From IMG/VR virus record IMGVR_UViG_3300037692_000137, positions 32,001 to 96,000 of that record: a stretch of DNA of 64,000 nucleotides. One strand, written 5' to 3'. Shown one piece after another: positions 55,274 to 64,000 of the stretch. This stretch comes from a virus (lineage: Duplodnaviria; Caudoviricetes). The notes under the pieces were generated by a model. That model was not told the DNA's origin, made no database searches, and saw only the letters and a program-made list of their open reading frames with translations. The first letter of the stretch is position 1, and every line of letters starts with the position of its first letter. Made by a program: the position numbers and the translations under genes.

Positions 55274-58200
55274 TCACACTGTGGTTAGCCAAGATATTAG
55301 TAGTTGACCTGTCTTTCCGCTATTATTAAAGTTACCTTTTGTTTTATTGGCTCTTATATAAATAGCTCTTTTATCGCCGGCAGGTACCTGATTAAAAATT
55401 ATAGGTAGTTCAGCACTCCCTACATTATAGAAGGTTATATTATCAGAAGATATCTCCATGTAATCGTTTGGATCGTAAGCCATATCTGTGCTTATATCCT
55501 GTTTGTTTATATCAAAGTCTGTTTTACAATAGTTGTAAAGTTTAATATTTTCATATACACCGCCGCCGGAAGGGGAATCGTAATTATAAGCTAATGGTGT
55601 ATTACCACCAGCCAAGCGCACAATTAAATCCTTTGTGTCATTAATTTCCCAGGTAGTTTTACCATTGTATATAAGAACATTATTAATGTATAGTCTGATG
55701 GTATCATTGTTGTCTGTGTTGGTGCCACTGTTGTCCCATACTACAGCTACATGAATTAAAGAGTCTATATCAAAATAGCCTGATAGCGCAAAGGAAGAGT
55801 CAGCATTAACTAAATTTATACTACGTCTAATGTGGCCAGCAGCAAGCTCCAACCAATGCCCTGCTTTAACACCAAGGGATACTATGTTATTACTATTATT
55901 TACTATGGAAAATAAAGTCCTTGACTGCATTCTATCAAATATATCGAGGCCATAAGAGTCATAATATGTTTTAAGCCAGAACTCAATTGTGCCTTTAGTT
56001 AAAGTAAGACCACTAACAGGAATCTGTAAAAAGTCTCTGTTATTTAAGTAAAGCCCCTTATCAAATTTGACAGTATCATAAAATTTGTTTCTTTCTATTT
56101 TTAAAGAGGTTAGATAAAGGGTTACTGCCTGACCAACCCCTTTGTATCTAAGCGATACATAGTTAAAACCTTCCTCAGCGTATATAAAATTAAGATCTTG
56201 ATTTATTAAATTATAGAATGAATTATCATTCAATGGGTATACTGTTGTGAAATCCTCAAATTTAAGTCTTATATGATTCCAACCGGTAACCAATGTAATA
56301 TCATTTAAAGACCACCTATAATAATTTTCTTGTGCCGCGTTGACAATACCGAATGTTATATCTCCAAAAGAGGCATCTATTTTATTTATGTCTGAGATAT
56401 ATAGTTGGAAGGTAAATAAATCTTTTATGGACCAACCATCGTCTATACCAAAGTCATCTCCTGGTATAAACATTACAGTATCCTCAGCGGTAGATGCAGG
56501 ATAAGCTATTTTTAATGATCTATTAGAGTCCTTTACAAATTGTGTGTCATTGCTTAATACACTAACTGTTGAGGACCACCACCAGGAGTACGCGGTAGGT
56601 GCATAGGAGCCCTCACTGTACACTTTTATTACACTAAGCGTATCTACACCCTCTTCGGAAGTAATATCGTTGTAAGCGTATTCTGTGGCTGTATTTCGCC
56701 TTACACTAATCCAACGGGCATACTCAGAAGTCCTATAAATAGAAATATTTCTAATGGCCCAATTGTATGTGTTAGATATAAAAGCTATACCTTTCAGTGT
56801 ATAATAACCACTTTCTGAAACCTCTATTAAAACATCCTCATCTGCCCAGGCATCTGACGCAATTATTCTACCAGACATATCTATTGTGACAGGGCCCTCT
56901 AACCGTAGGCCAAACTCAGCATCCTCATCTAAATCATAACTCTGCCAACGTACATTATAGGGTCCCTTATCTAAGTAGATGTCACCAAATGTATAGTCCC
57001 AGTAGCCTATTAAATTGCCTGTGTCTATATCCGTGTGATAAATTACTGTTGCACCATTATCCAGGTTAAATGCAACTTTCTTAGGGTCATCATAGAGACT
57101 TTCAGAGTATTTAAAAAACTCGTCCCTATTATCCCAGGAAATCCCCTCATTATTTGGGTCATTACTAATTAGTTCATGACCAACTATGTTAAAATTATCT
57201 TTTAAGTTCATACAAATTACAGGAAAAGTTTCACTATCAATATAAGTGGTTTGCACAGCTGTGTAAATTTCAATCTCTCTTAAAAAGCTGCCAGTAAAAT
57301 AGGCGTCACTTCCTAAAGAGATAGGTGTAGAGGTATAAGAGTTTATTACAAGTCTAAAACGGCGGGCGGTAACAGGGCTAAAATAATGCGTTGTTTCAGT
57401 AGCAGTATTATTAGACGTATAAAATAGCTGGGTAAAATTTTCACCAGAGACTGTTGTAGATATATAGGCAGTAAAGTCTTCGTTAACAAAGTTAGAATCG
57501 TTTACACTAAATGAGTGGTGTATTCTTACTTTATCTATTAAGTAATCATCACCAAATAATATAGCCACTGATGGATTAACACCATCAAAAGCCCAGCAGT
57601 CATAGGCAGCTCCTGAATTATACTTACCATCAACTACTTTATCCGGAGTCATGTGGCCTACATAGTTACTGGCCTCCACATATGCATTGTATGCTACATT
57701 ATTTGGCAGGCTATAATCAGAAAGTATAGTGCCAAGCGAAGACCATTCACAGTTGTAACCGCCACCTATACAATAGGGTATGGCTATATTAGGATATATA
57801 CCCAGTTTGTCTATGGTTTTTAATGTAGCATCTGAAGCTAATAGATTAACTCTCACCCAACGAGCGTCTACTTTTGAACTATTACCAAAAGCTACTTCAT
57901 CAACATCGTCCGTAGTAGTATTGGAGTAGTCCACATTCAAATCGCTGGATAAAAATAGTTTATCACTTAATGTGCCATAGTTACGTATTATGTCTAAGTT
58001 ATGTCTTTTTAGTAAGTCTACGGCTAGATATACAGAATGATTTGAGGTGACTGCTGTATAGTCTAAAGCACTGCCTACTGTAAAGTAATTAATGTTATTA
58101 TAGCTAATAAGTAGTTCTGGATCTTGTAATGTTGATGTGCCATGCACTACTTTTATTTTATTAATAGGGGCATTACTTATAGTTTTAAATCCAACAGCGT

Positions 58201-61200
58201 AATTGGAAGAGTATATAAGCGCTGGATAAAGTATACTTGTAGCTGTTATATTAAAGTTATTAAATGTAATTACTACATTAGGAAAGGCTAATAGCATATG
58301 AGTATAAAGTTCTATTTTTAGCCGGTCATTAGTAAAACCAGTATAACTATAGCCAGAAGATAGTGTGGTCCAAGTTGACACTCCGGTAGTTCTATAGTAA
58401 CATGATATTAGTGCGCCAACTTTAGTTATCTTTAAATCAAAGTTTAATATGCTATTACTAACATAATTTACATAGCTATACCAAGCATCTTTATCAAAAA
58501 CGTATTGTCTGCTTGAACTACCATATATATACTTTCTTATACCAACAAATCCGCCATGCTCTCCCCTGACACCTAAACCTACGCTAAGTCTATCTGCTTG
58601 ACTTGGGAAAGATATAGTTACACTTACTTCCGCGGAGAAATCCGAAGCTATTATTGGTATGTAATTAAGTGTGTACGTACCATCTTCAGAAGTAGTTAAG
58701 CTTAATTGTAACTTATTACTGACTATATGACAGTAGGAAGCTGAGTCATCAAAAAGCATATTATCCTGCCATAAGTATGTGTTGTAACTGGCGCCATCAA
58801 TGCCATCGAACGGGTCGTTACCAGTGACTATTGTAGGTATATTAATGTCTACCCCATTACTTATTACACCATCCACCATTACCGCATCATCAACAGTTTG
58901 ATTTAAATAAATAAGTTCTATTGGTACACGTGTATCATCGTAAAAGGCTAATATATCTTTTACAACACAGTCTTTACTTATAGAATCAAATTGTAACTTC
59001 CAATAGGTGGCTGAAACTTCTGGAATAGCTACCTCAGTAATTTGAGTATTCAGATAAGCGCCTAAATCAAAATTTATACTAGTGCCTGAAATTAAAGTGC
59101 CATATGAAAACCAGTCATGCTCATTAAAAGAGTAATAAGCTTCCTTATCATCAACCAAGTTATTCAAACCATAGCATGGGGTATTAATAGCACTCTGCCC
59201 ATTATTATTAGTTAATATAAAGTCTTCCGCTTTTCTTAATACGGCCGGCGGGCCGATATCAGGATTGTCTATATCTTCTTGACTATTTAATTTACTCCAA
59301 AATACAATACCTGACGTATCAACATTAGTAGTTTTTGGTATGTCTACCATAAGGTCAAAAGGTCTATCATAGAGGTTCTCTATATAATAGACCTTACTGT
59401 CATTAACAACCCCATTTTTAGCATCGTCCAGTAATATAGTATCATCACACTTGGTAGTTTTTACTTGATCACCGGTCTTACAAAAAAGCTCATTGACACT
59501 AAAAGACGTGGCTGTTTGTAAAGATAACTTCATATACCTTGGTGCACCACCTATAAAAGCACTTATCACATTAGTGTCTTCTGTACTAAATAGGGCGTCT
59601 TTCCATTCTACACCGTAAGTTGAGTAAGTAAGAGAGACATTATCAATTATTGAGGGTTCAAAATACATTCTGCTATAAACCTCTATCTCAGTTATTTTGG
59701 TGCTATTATGGTAGTTACATCTTATATTAAAGTCGTAGCTGTCAACTGGGTCAAAGCCATGTTCTAACACGGTCCAATATGAGGCGTTGGCCGCAAAAAA
59801 GTTATCAGTATTTACCATATAGCCATCACCGTCATGTACTATATCTATAGAACATGGGTTACTAAATAAGTACGCAGCTATATCCTCATTATTTGTAGAG
59901 TCGTAGTTAATACCATCCATTTTTATATAATTATAACTTGGTATTAGTTTATGCTGTGCATCAATGTAGTCTCCATTATAACCGTATATACCTAAACCAG
60001 TGTATAAAGCAAAGCTTCTAAAGTTATCCTCTTCTTTAAAGTATATTATTGACTTATGTATTTCACAGGATTTATTAGTAGGAAAAACTAAGGTTAGCGT
60101 TATTGGGTCCTCTACAAACTCATATATACTAACTACAACCGTAGGACTAAACTCCTCCGGTTGTAACCATTCAGCGTCACCATTAACATAGAAGTATGAA
60201 TGTGTGCCAGCAGTGACTAAACCAGTTGATCCGGTTGTGTATGACTGTCCAGCTATATTATTTTCAGCAATTATTTTTCCATCGGAAAGAGCCTCTAACC
60301 CATAAGCCATATTAGTGTGCGTAACTACATAAGAGGTTGTGGCTGTCCATACTTGATGTTTATGATTACCCCCATGTAGATTCACATGCCAATTTACATC
60401 CAAGCACATGGCTATATTATATTCAAAGTAGTCGTCTGCCTCTTCACCATATATAGTAAATTCTTCTATATTTAATCTATCACCAAAATCAATATCGAGT
60501 AGTGTGTTTGTTTGATACTTATCACTTCTTGCATATATAGCTAGACCACCTACACCCATAGAGTAAGCAACACCAGGATCAAAGGCATCTGTAGGCTCAC
60601 CATCTAGTTGGCTGTAAGTGGCGTCTGGTTTATTTGTTAGGGATATGCCTATTGAGACATCAGCATCAAATACAGCCAGTAGGTCCCCTTTATTAACCAG
60701 TATATCACAGTCTATACAATGAGTAAAGCTAATATTTGAGTAAAAATTATTGACGATGGCGGGAAATGGTAGTGAATAAGCTACTTTAAGTGTACCATCT
60801 AGTTTAGGGCGACAAATTAAAATTTTAGCATTAGCATATCTTGTGGCATAAACATAGATGTGTTTTATTTTACCATTACTGTTAAAAGGGTGTGACCAAT
60901 CTACTATTGTCTTTCCTCTATTTGCTAATGTGGTGCCATCGTCTCCTTGTATATAGGCTGTGGAAGAGGTGTAACCAATTTCGTTATAGTCTGATCTACC
61001 ACCTTCTACATTATATTGTTGTGCATTATGTGTGTAGCTAATTACGTCGGTGTTACCATCCATTAAATTGCCTAATTCTGTGGCGGTCAATAAACGATTA
61101 GACGCATAGTCAAAACCGGTGGCAAAGTCTACCCCATTAACACACGTAGAAACATCAGTAAAGGCACTGTCAAAAAAACCTAAGGCAACGGCTGCCGGGC

Positions 61201-62080
61201 TGTATGCTACGGAAACAGCACTATTAATCCCTGTTGTGCCAGATAGTATTTTTAGTTTTCCTTGCTCAACCTCGACAGAAGAGTAGCAATAGCCACCTAT
61301 ACTTAAAGAGCCTAACTTTGTATTTAATATGTGGGCCATTTCATTTATAGTTACATTTAAGTTCTCCCCTAAATGAAATTTTGCGTCACCGTAACCATCT
61401 ATGTTTACTAATATAGTGTCGTTTCCAGAAATAGTAGTATACTGCTCGTAGCCCGTTCCGGCTAAGCAGTACCCTCTTTCTCCAGCTCCTGGACATGGAT
61501 GCGTATAGCTTTGATAGTAAGAGCACTGTGTATTAGAACACTTAAAATTACCTTCTGAACTTATAGTTATATATTTTATAGCAAATTGGTCTTTCTCCCA
61601 ACCATCTATAAATGGATATACACGTAAATTACAAATGTCGCCCACCCAATATCTAGCTGGACCTAGATTTATTACATACAGATGCCATTGATCGTCAGAG
61701 ACAATATCAAATTCGTACTCTTTTTTGTCATCCCAAAGATCGTCTGTTAATGTTATCCAACGTAGTTTGCCTAGTGTTAGCCCTTGATTACGTTTATCCT
61801 TATTATTATTAGTAATCTTTAACATTATTTTTACATAATAATAGTCCTCTGCTGTAATTGGCAGCATGTTATCTGTTCTACCGATATAACAAAATCTATC
61901 CGCAGACGTGCCAAATAACACATTATGCCAACAACCATAAAAGTATGTATTGTAATAAACATCCCATCCGCCCACATTACCATTAATAGAAAAGTCAGTA
62001 ATGTACGCGTTAGAGCTATCATAAACGCAACTTAGATCATTACTTACCTTATGTGCTGTGTTTAAAAAATTATAGGCCAT
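55274..62080 (-). CDS. Giant (2268 aa) putative virion/receptor-binding protein with discoidin-like and LamG-like domains
   Basis: F5/8-like segments (PDKVVDG..W, TARRFRLVI..LREIEIY); LamG-like KGTIEFWLK..HVAVVWD..LYIN. Confidence 0.7.
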   Translation of the reverse strand: MAYNFLNTAHKVSNDLSCVYDSSNAYITDFSINGNVGGWDVYYNTYFYGCWHNVLFGTSADRFCYIGRTDNMLPITAEDYYYVKIMLKITNNNKDKRNQGLTLGKLRWITLTDDLWDDKKEYEFDIVSDDQWHLYVINLGPARYWVGDICNLRVYPFIDGWEKDQFAIKYITISSEGNFKCSNTQCSYYQSYTHPCPGAGERGYCLAGTGYEQYTTISGNDTILVNIDGYGDAKFHLGENLNVTINEMAHILNTKLGSLSIGGYCYSSVEVEQGKLKILSGTTGINSAVSVAYSPAAVALGFFDSAFTDVSTCVNGVDFATGFDYASNRLLTATELGNLMDGNTDVISYTHNAQQYNVEGGRSDYNEIGYTSSTAYIQGDDGTTLANRGKTIVDWSHPFNSNGKIKHIYVYATRYANAKILICRPKLDGTLKVAYSLPFPAIVNNFYSNISFTHCIDCDILVNKGDLLAVFDADVSIGISLTNKPDATYSQLDGEPTDAFDPGVAYSMGVGGLAIYARSDKYQTNTLLDIDFGDRLNIEEFTIYGEEADDYFEYNIAMCLDVNWHVNLHGGNHKHQVWTATTSYVVTHTNMAYGLEALSDGKIIAENNIAGQSYTTGSTGLVTAGTHSYFYVNGDAEWLQPEEFSPTVVVSIYEFVEDPITLTLVFPTNKSCEIHKSIIYFKEEDNFRSFALYTGLGIYGYNGDYIDAQHKLIPSYNYIKMDGINYDSTNNEDIAAYLFSNPCSIDIVHDGDGYMVNTDNFFAANASYWTVLEHGFDPVDSYDFNIRCNYHNSTKITEIEVYSRMYFEPSIIDNVSLTYSTYGVEWKDALFSTEDTNVISAFIGGAPRYMKLSLQTATSFSVNELFCKTGDQVKTTKCDDTILLDDAKNGVVNDSKVYYIENLYDRPFDLMVDIPKTTNVDTSGIVFWSKLNSQEDIDNPDIGPPAVLRKAEDFILTNNNGQSAINTPCYGLNNLVDDKEAYYSFNEHDWFSYGTLISGTSINFDLGAYLNTQITEVAIPEVSATYWKLQFDSISKDCVVKDILAFYDDTRVPIELIYLNQTVDDAVMVDGVISNGVDINIPTIVTGNDPFDGIDGASYNTYLWQDNMLFDDSASYCHIVSNKLQLSLTTSEDGTYTLNYIPIIASDFSAEVSVTISFPSQADRLSVGLGVRGEHGGFVGIRKYIYGSSSRQYVFDKDAWYSYVNYVSNSILNFDLKITKVGALISCYYRTTGVSTWTTLSSGYSYTGFTNDRLKIELYTHMLLAFPNVVITFNNFNITATSILYPALIYSSNYAVGFKTISNAPINKIKVVHGTSTLQDPELLISYNNINYFTVGSALDYTAVTSNHSVYLAVDLLKRHNLDIIRNYGTLSDKLFLSSDLNVDYSNTTTDDVDEVAFGNSSKVDARWVRVNLLASDATLKTIDKLGIYPNIAIPYCIGGGYNCEWSSLGTILSDYSLPNNVAYNAYVEASNYVGHMTPDKVVDGKYNSGAAYDCWAFDGVNPSVAILFGDDYLIDKVRIHHSFSVNDSNFVNEDFTAYISTTVSGENFTQLFYTSNNTATETTHYFSPVTARRFRLVINSYTSTPISLGSDAYFTGSFLREIEIYTAVQTTYIDSETFPVICMNLKDNFNIVGHELISNDPNNEGISWDNRDEFFKYSESLYDDPKKVAFNLDNGATVIYHTDIDTGNLIGYWDYTFGDIYLDKGPYNVRWQSYDLDEDAEFGLRLEGPVTIDMSGRIIASDAWADEDVLIEVSESGYYTLKGIAFISNTYNWAIRNISIYRTSEYARWISVRRNTATEYAYNDITSEEGVDTLSVIKVYSEGSYAPTAYSWWWSSTVSVLSNDTQFVKDSNRSLKIAYPASTAEDTVMFIPGDDFGIDDGWSIKDLFTFQLYISDINKIDASFGDITFGIVNAAQENYYRWSLNDITLVTGWNHIRLKFEDFTTVYPLNDNSFYNLINQDLNFIYAEEGFNYVSLRYKGVGQAVTLYLTSLKIERNKFYDTVKFDKGLYLNNRDFLQIPVSGLTLTKGTIEFWLKTYYDSYGLDIFDRMQSRTLFSIVNNSNNIVSLGVKAGHWLELAAGHIRRSINLVNADSSFALSGYFDIDSLIHVAVVWDNSGTNTDNNDTIRLYINNVLIYNGKTTWEINDTKDLIVRLAGGNTPLAYNYDSPSGGGVYENIKLYNYCKTDFDINKQDISTDMAYDPNDYMEISSDNITFYNVGSAELPIIFNQVPAGDKRAIYIRANKTKGNFNNSGKTGQLLISWLTTV

Positions 62081-62477
62081 TTTTATCCAACTTTTGTTTT
62101 CTTAACTCGCATCTTATCACTATGTCTGAAAAACAATTACCTAAACTATCATAGCCAGGGCATTGACCACAGAATACTAAGCCCCTATCTGGATCTATTG
62201 TATAAGGGTCTAAACTTCTAAAAGCTATAAGTCTTTTTAAATCAGCTATTTCTATAACCATTTGTTTTCTAATTAATGCTTCCCAGTCTTTATATGTTAA
62301 ATTAAATAACTTCTCACATTTTACACATCTATACACCATTTCAGCGTTTATTGTCTCTTCTATTAATACACCTGTATCGGTATACATAACTTTATCTGAA
62401 GTCCATAAATGTTCTCTGGATAATTCCATATCCACGATAAGTAACCCATTACATTCTGTGCATTTTATATCATACAT
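62070..62477 (-). CDS. Cys-containing hypothetical protein
   Basis: CTEC, CVKC, CGQCPG..C. Confidence 0.6.
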   Translation of the reverse strand: MYDIKCTECNGLLIVDMELSREHLWTSDKVMYTDTGVLIEETINAEMVYRCVKCEKLFNLTYKDWEALIRKQMVIEIADLKRLIAFRSLDPYTIDPDRGLVFCGQCPGYDSLGNCFSDIVIRCELRKQKLDKNGL

Positions 62478-62499
62478 AAATAAGTACCTTTTGTTTTAA

Positions 62500-64000
62500 T
62501 TATGGTATATATTGAGATGTTTTAGAGTCTTCATCTACGGTTGAATCGGTGCCTACACTATATTCAATTACTGACGGCTGCCAAATACCGCCAGATAAAG
62601 CGTTAAATACGGTCGACCATGTGCCGTATTCAAATCTATTTATGGCTGCATAATATTGGGACTCTATCCAATCATATCCTCCAAAGCTGTCATATGTACA
62701 CGGATTTATATACTGCCACGAAAATAAGTCTGGTACAGTAATTCTACCGAAAGCACCGCCAGTAGCACAATTATATGCTAGCTTGGGTTTTGTTACATAA
62801 GCATTCCATTCATGGCCACAAGGGCTATATGTATTTTTTGGCAAAACATCAGTTAACGTATAATTTAAGGTGTTAGTAAAACTGCAAGTCCATACCGGAA
62901 ACTTTAAATTTAACATATCCAATAAACCATTTAATCCTGGTGGACATATAGAGGTTGCGGAAAAACTATCTGTACCTTTACGCATTACGGTATCAAATAT
63001 ATTTTTTTGCTCTTTTTCGAAAGCATACACATTATTACCAGGAACCCTTGTTTTATCAGCGACGCACCTATCTAAGAGTCTACCAGATGCCTTATGCATT
63101 GTAGTAAAATCCTCCCCGCTGTTGGCTACACCTAGTATACCAACAATTGTATCTATTTGCATTGGTGTAGATATCTCGTCAACAGGTGGATGCACTATAC
63201 TTCCTGTTATATTGTTACCATAAGTTGGGAAGGTGCCGTAGTCGCCATAAGAAACATAGTATTTACGCTCACTTGTTTTAAAGCCTTCTGTGGCACTTAT
63301 AAAACTTGTATCATATAGATTTATTGTTTTTATACTAATCCTATGATTATATAAATCGTAGTATTCGCCTAAACCGGAGGAGCCTAGTTCTTCATCGGTT
63401 ATGGTAAAGTCGAACTCCAGCTTTAAATACCTATAAAATCTACGCATGTCCTCTACAGAATAAGGTATATCGTAGGACATTGTTTTTATAATTACTACTT
63501 CAGAGTCTTCTGTGACTATCTGCCTATCTGCTTGATATATTTGAACATAGCCACTATCAGATTTTTTGTATACGGTTAACTTCGGTATATGATAAAATGT
63601 GTCAGGAGATTCCTCCTTTTCAGCTGGCTCTATACCAAATTTATACTCTATTTCCACTCTTGTTATAAATCTATTTTTATATTCAGACTTACGGGCTGGA
63701 ATAAAATCCACCTCTATAATTGAAGAGTTTGTAGTTGTTGGGTTGTATAATAAGTCAGGCGCTATTTGCGCAGGATAATATTCCCCAACCTCTATGGAGT
63801 CATAGGGTGTCAACAAAGAAGGCGCATTAAATGACCAATTGTAATCATTAGCACTTAGCGCTTGTGTGAACTTTGGTAAATAGTTAAACATTGCACTAAT
63901 TAAAGATATAGTCAACCCCCTATTATAGTAATACTTTACAAAATCACCAAAAGTGTCCAGCACTGAGTACACCCTGCCGTCAGTCTCAGCTGTGTTTTGT
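62500..64000 (-). CDS. Putative structural protein, 5' end outside the window
   Basis: The frame stays open upstream of the GTG at 63972 (QNTAETDGRV) to the window edge. Confidence 0.6.
   Translation of the reverse strand, partial: QNTAETDGRVYSVLDTFGDFVKYYYNRGLTISLISAMFNYLPKFTQALSANDYNWSFNAPSLLTPYDSIEVGEYYPAQIAPDLLYNPTTTNSSIIEVDFIPARKSEYKNRFITRVEIEYKFGIEPAEKEESPDTFYHIPKLTVYKKSDSGYVQIYQADRQIVTEDSEVVIIKTMSYDIPYSVEDMRRFYRYLKLEFDFTITDEELGSSGLGEYYDLYNHRISIKTINLYDTSFISATEGFKTSERKYYVSYGDYGTFPTYGNNITGSIVHPPVDEISTPMQIDTIVGILGVANSGEDFTTMHKASGRLLDRCVADKTRVPGNNVYAFEKEQKNIFDTVMRKGTDSFSATSICPPGLNGLLDMLNLKFPVWTCSFTNTLNYTLTDVLPKNTYSPCGHEWNAYVTKPKLAYNCATGGAFGRITVPDLFSWQYINPCTYDSFGGYDWIESQYYAAINRFEYGTWSTVFNALSGGIWQPSVIEYSVGTDSTVDEDSKTSQYIP

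Noticed and set aside
87-63223. All plus-strand ORFs in the track
   Set aside because: They are short, lie antisense to (or between) well-supported minus-strand genes, and show no recognisable motifs; treated as shadow ORFs.
1-64000. CRISPR array or cas locus
   Set aside because: I saw no regularly spaced direct repeats by eye. The PD-(D/E)XK protein at 40804-41958 sits in a recombination operon with no cas neighbours, so it was not called Cas4.
1-64000. Alternative genetic code (TAG or TGA recoding)
   Set aside because: Long conserved genes are intact under the standard code, and TAA, TAG and TGA all end genes at sensible positions.
1-64000. Borg/archaeal element or NCLDV origin suggested by the cytochrome and glycan genes
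   Set aside because: Bacterial SD sites, sigma70 promoters, fMet tRNA and DnaB/DnaG/DnaN/DnaX/RecA indicate a bacteriophage.

Overview
This is a 64-kb AT-rich segment of a large (jumbo-type) tailed bacteriophage genome. Every credible gene lies on the minus strand, with bacterial Shine-Dalgarno sites and sigma70-type promoters. In transcription order (right to left) it contains: (i) very large virion/tail-like proteins (50.8-64 kb); (ii) a bacterial-type replication/recombination operon (DnaN, RecA, DnaB, DnaG, SSB-like, DnaJ, RuvC-like, PD-(D/E)XK nuclease); (iii) a glycan-modification island of glycosyltransferases, methyltransferases, two sulfotransferase-like proteins and a UDP-sulfoquinovose synthase, with ThyX in it and one GT4 gene split by a group I intron I identified by reading the sequence; (iv) DnaX, an intein-containing family A DNA polymerase, dUTPase, class II RNR, nucleotidase, RNase HII, HNH nucleases and an MTase-Mrr fusion; (v) an accessory/tRNA region with five tRNAs, candidate structured RNAs, an RlmN-like radical SAM enzyme, a secreted five-heme c-type cytochrome, a GIY-YIG endonuclease and a transglutaminase-like protease with an intein at its predicted catalytic Cys. 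The most striking items are the phage-encoded multiheme cytochrome, the sulfo-glycan cluster, the ORF-less intron next to a free-standing HNH, and the protease intein. Together they suggest an anaerobic, cytochrome-rich host, possibly a sulfur- or metal-respiring one (inference). All family calls are by motif recognition; no database searches were run.
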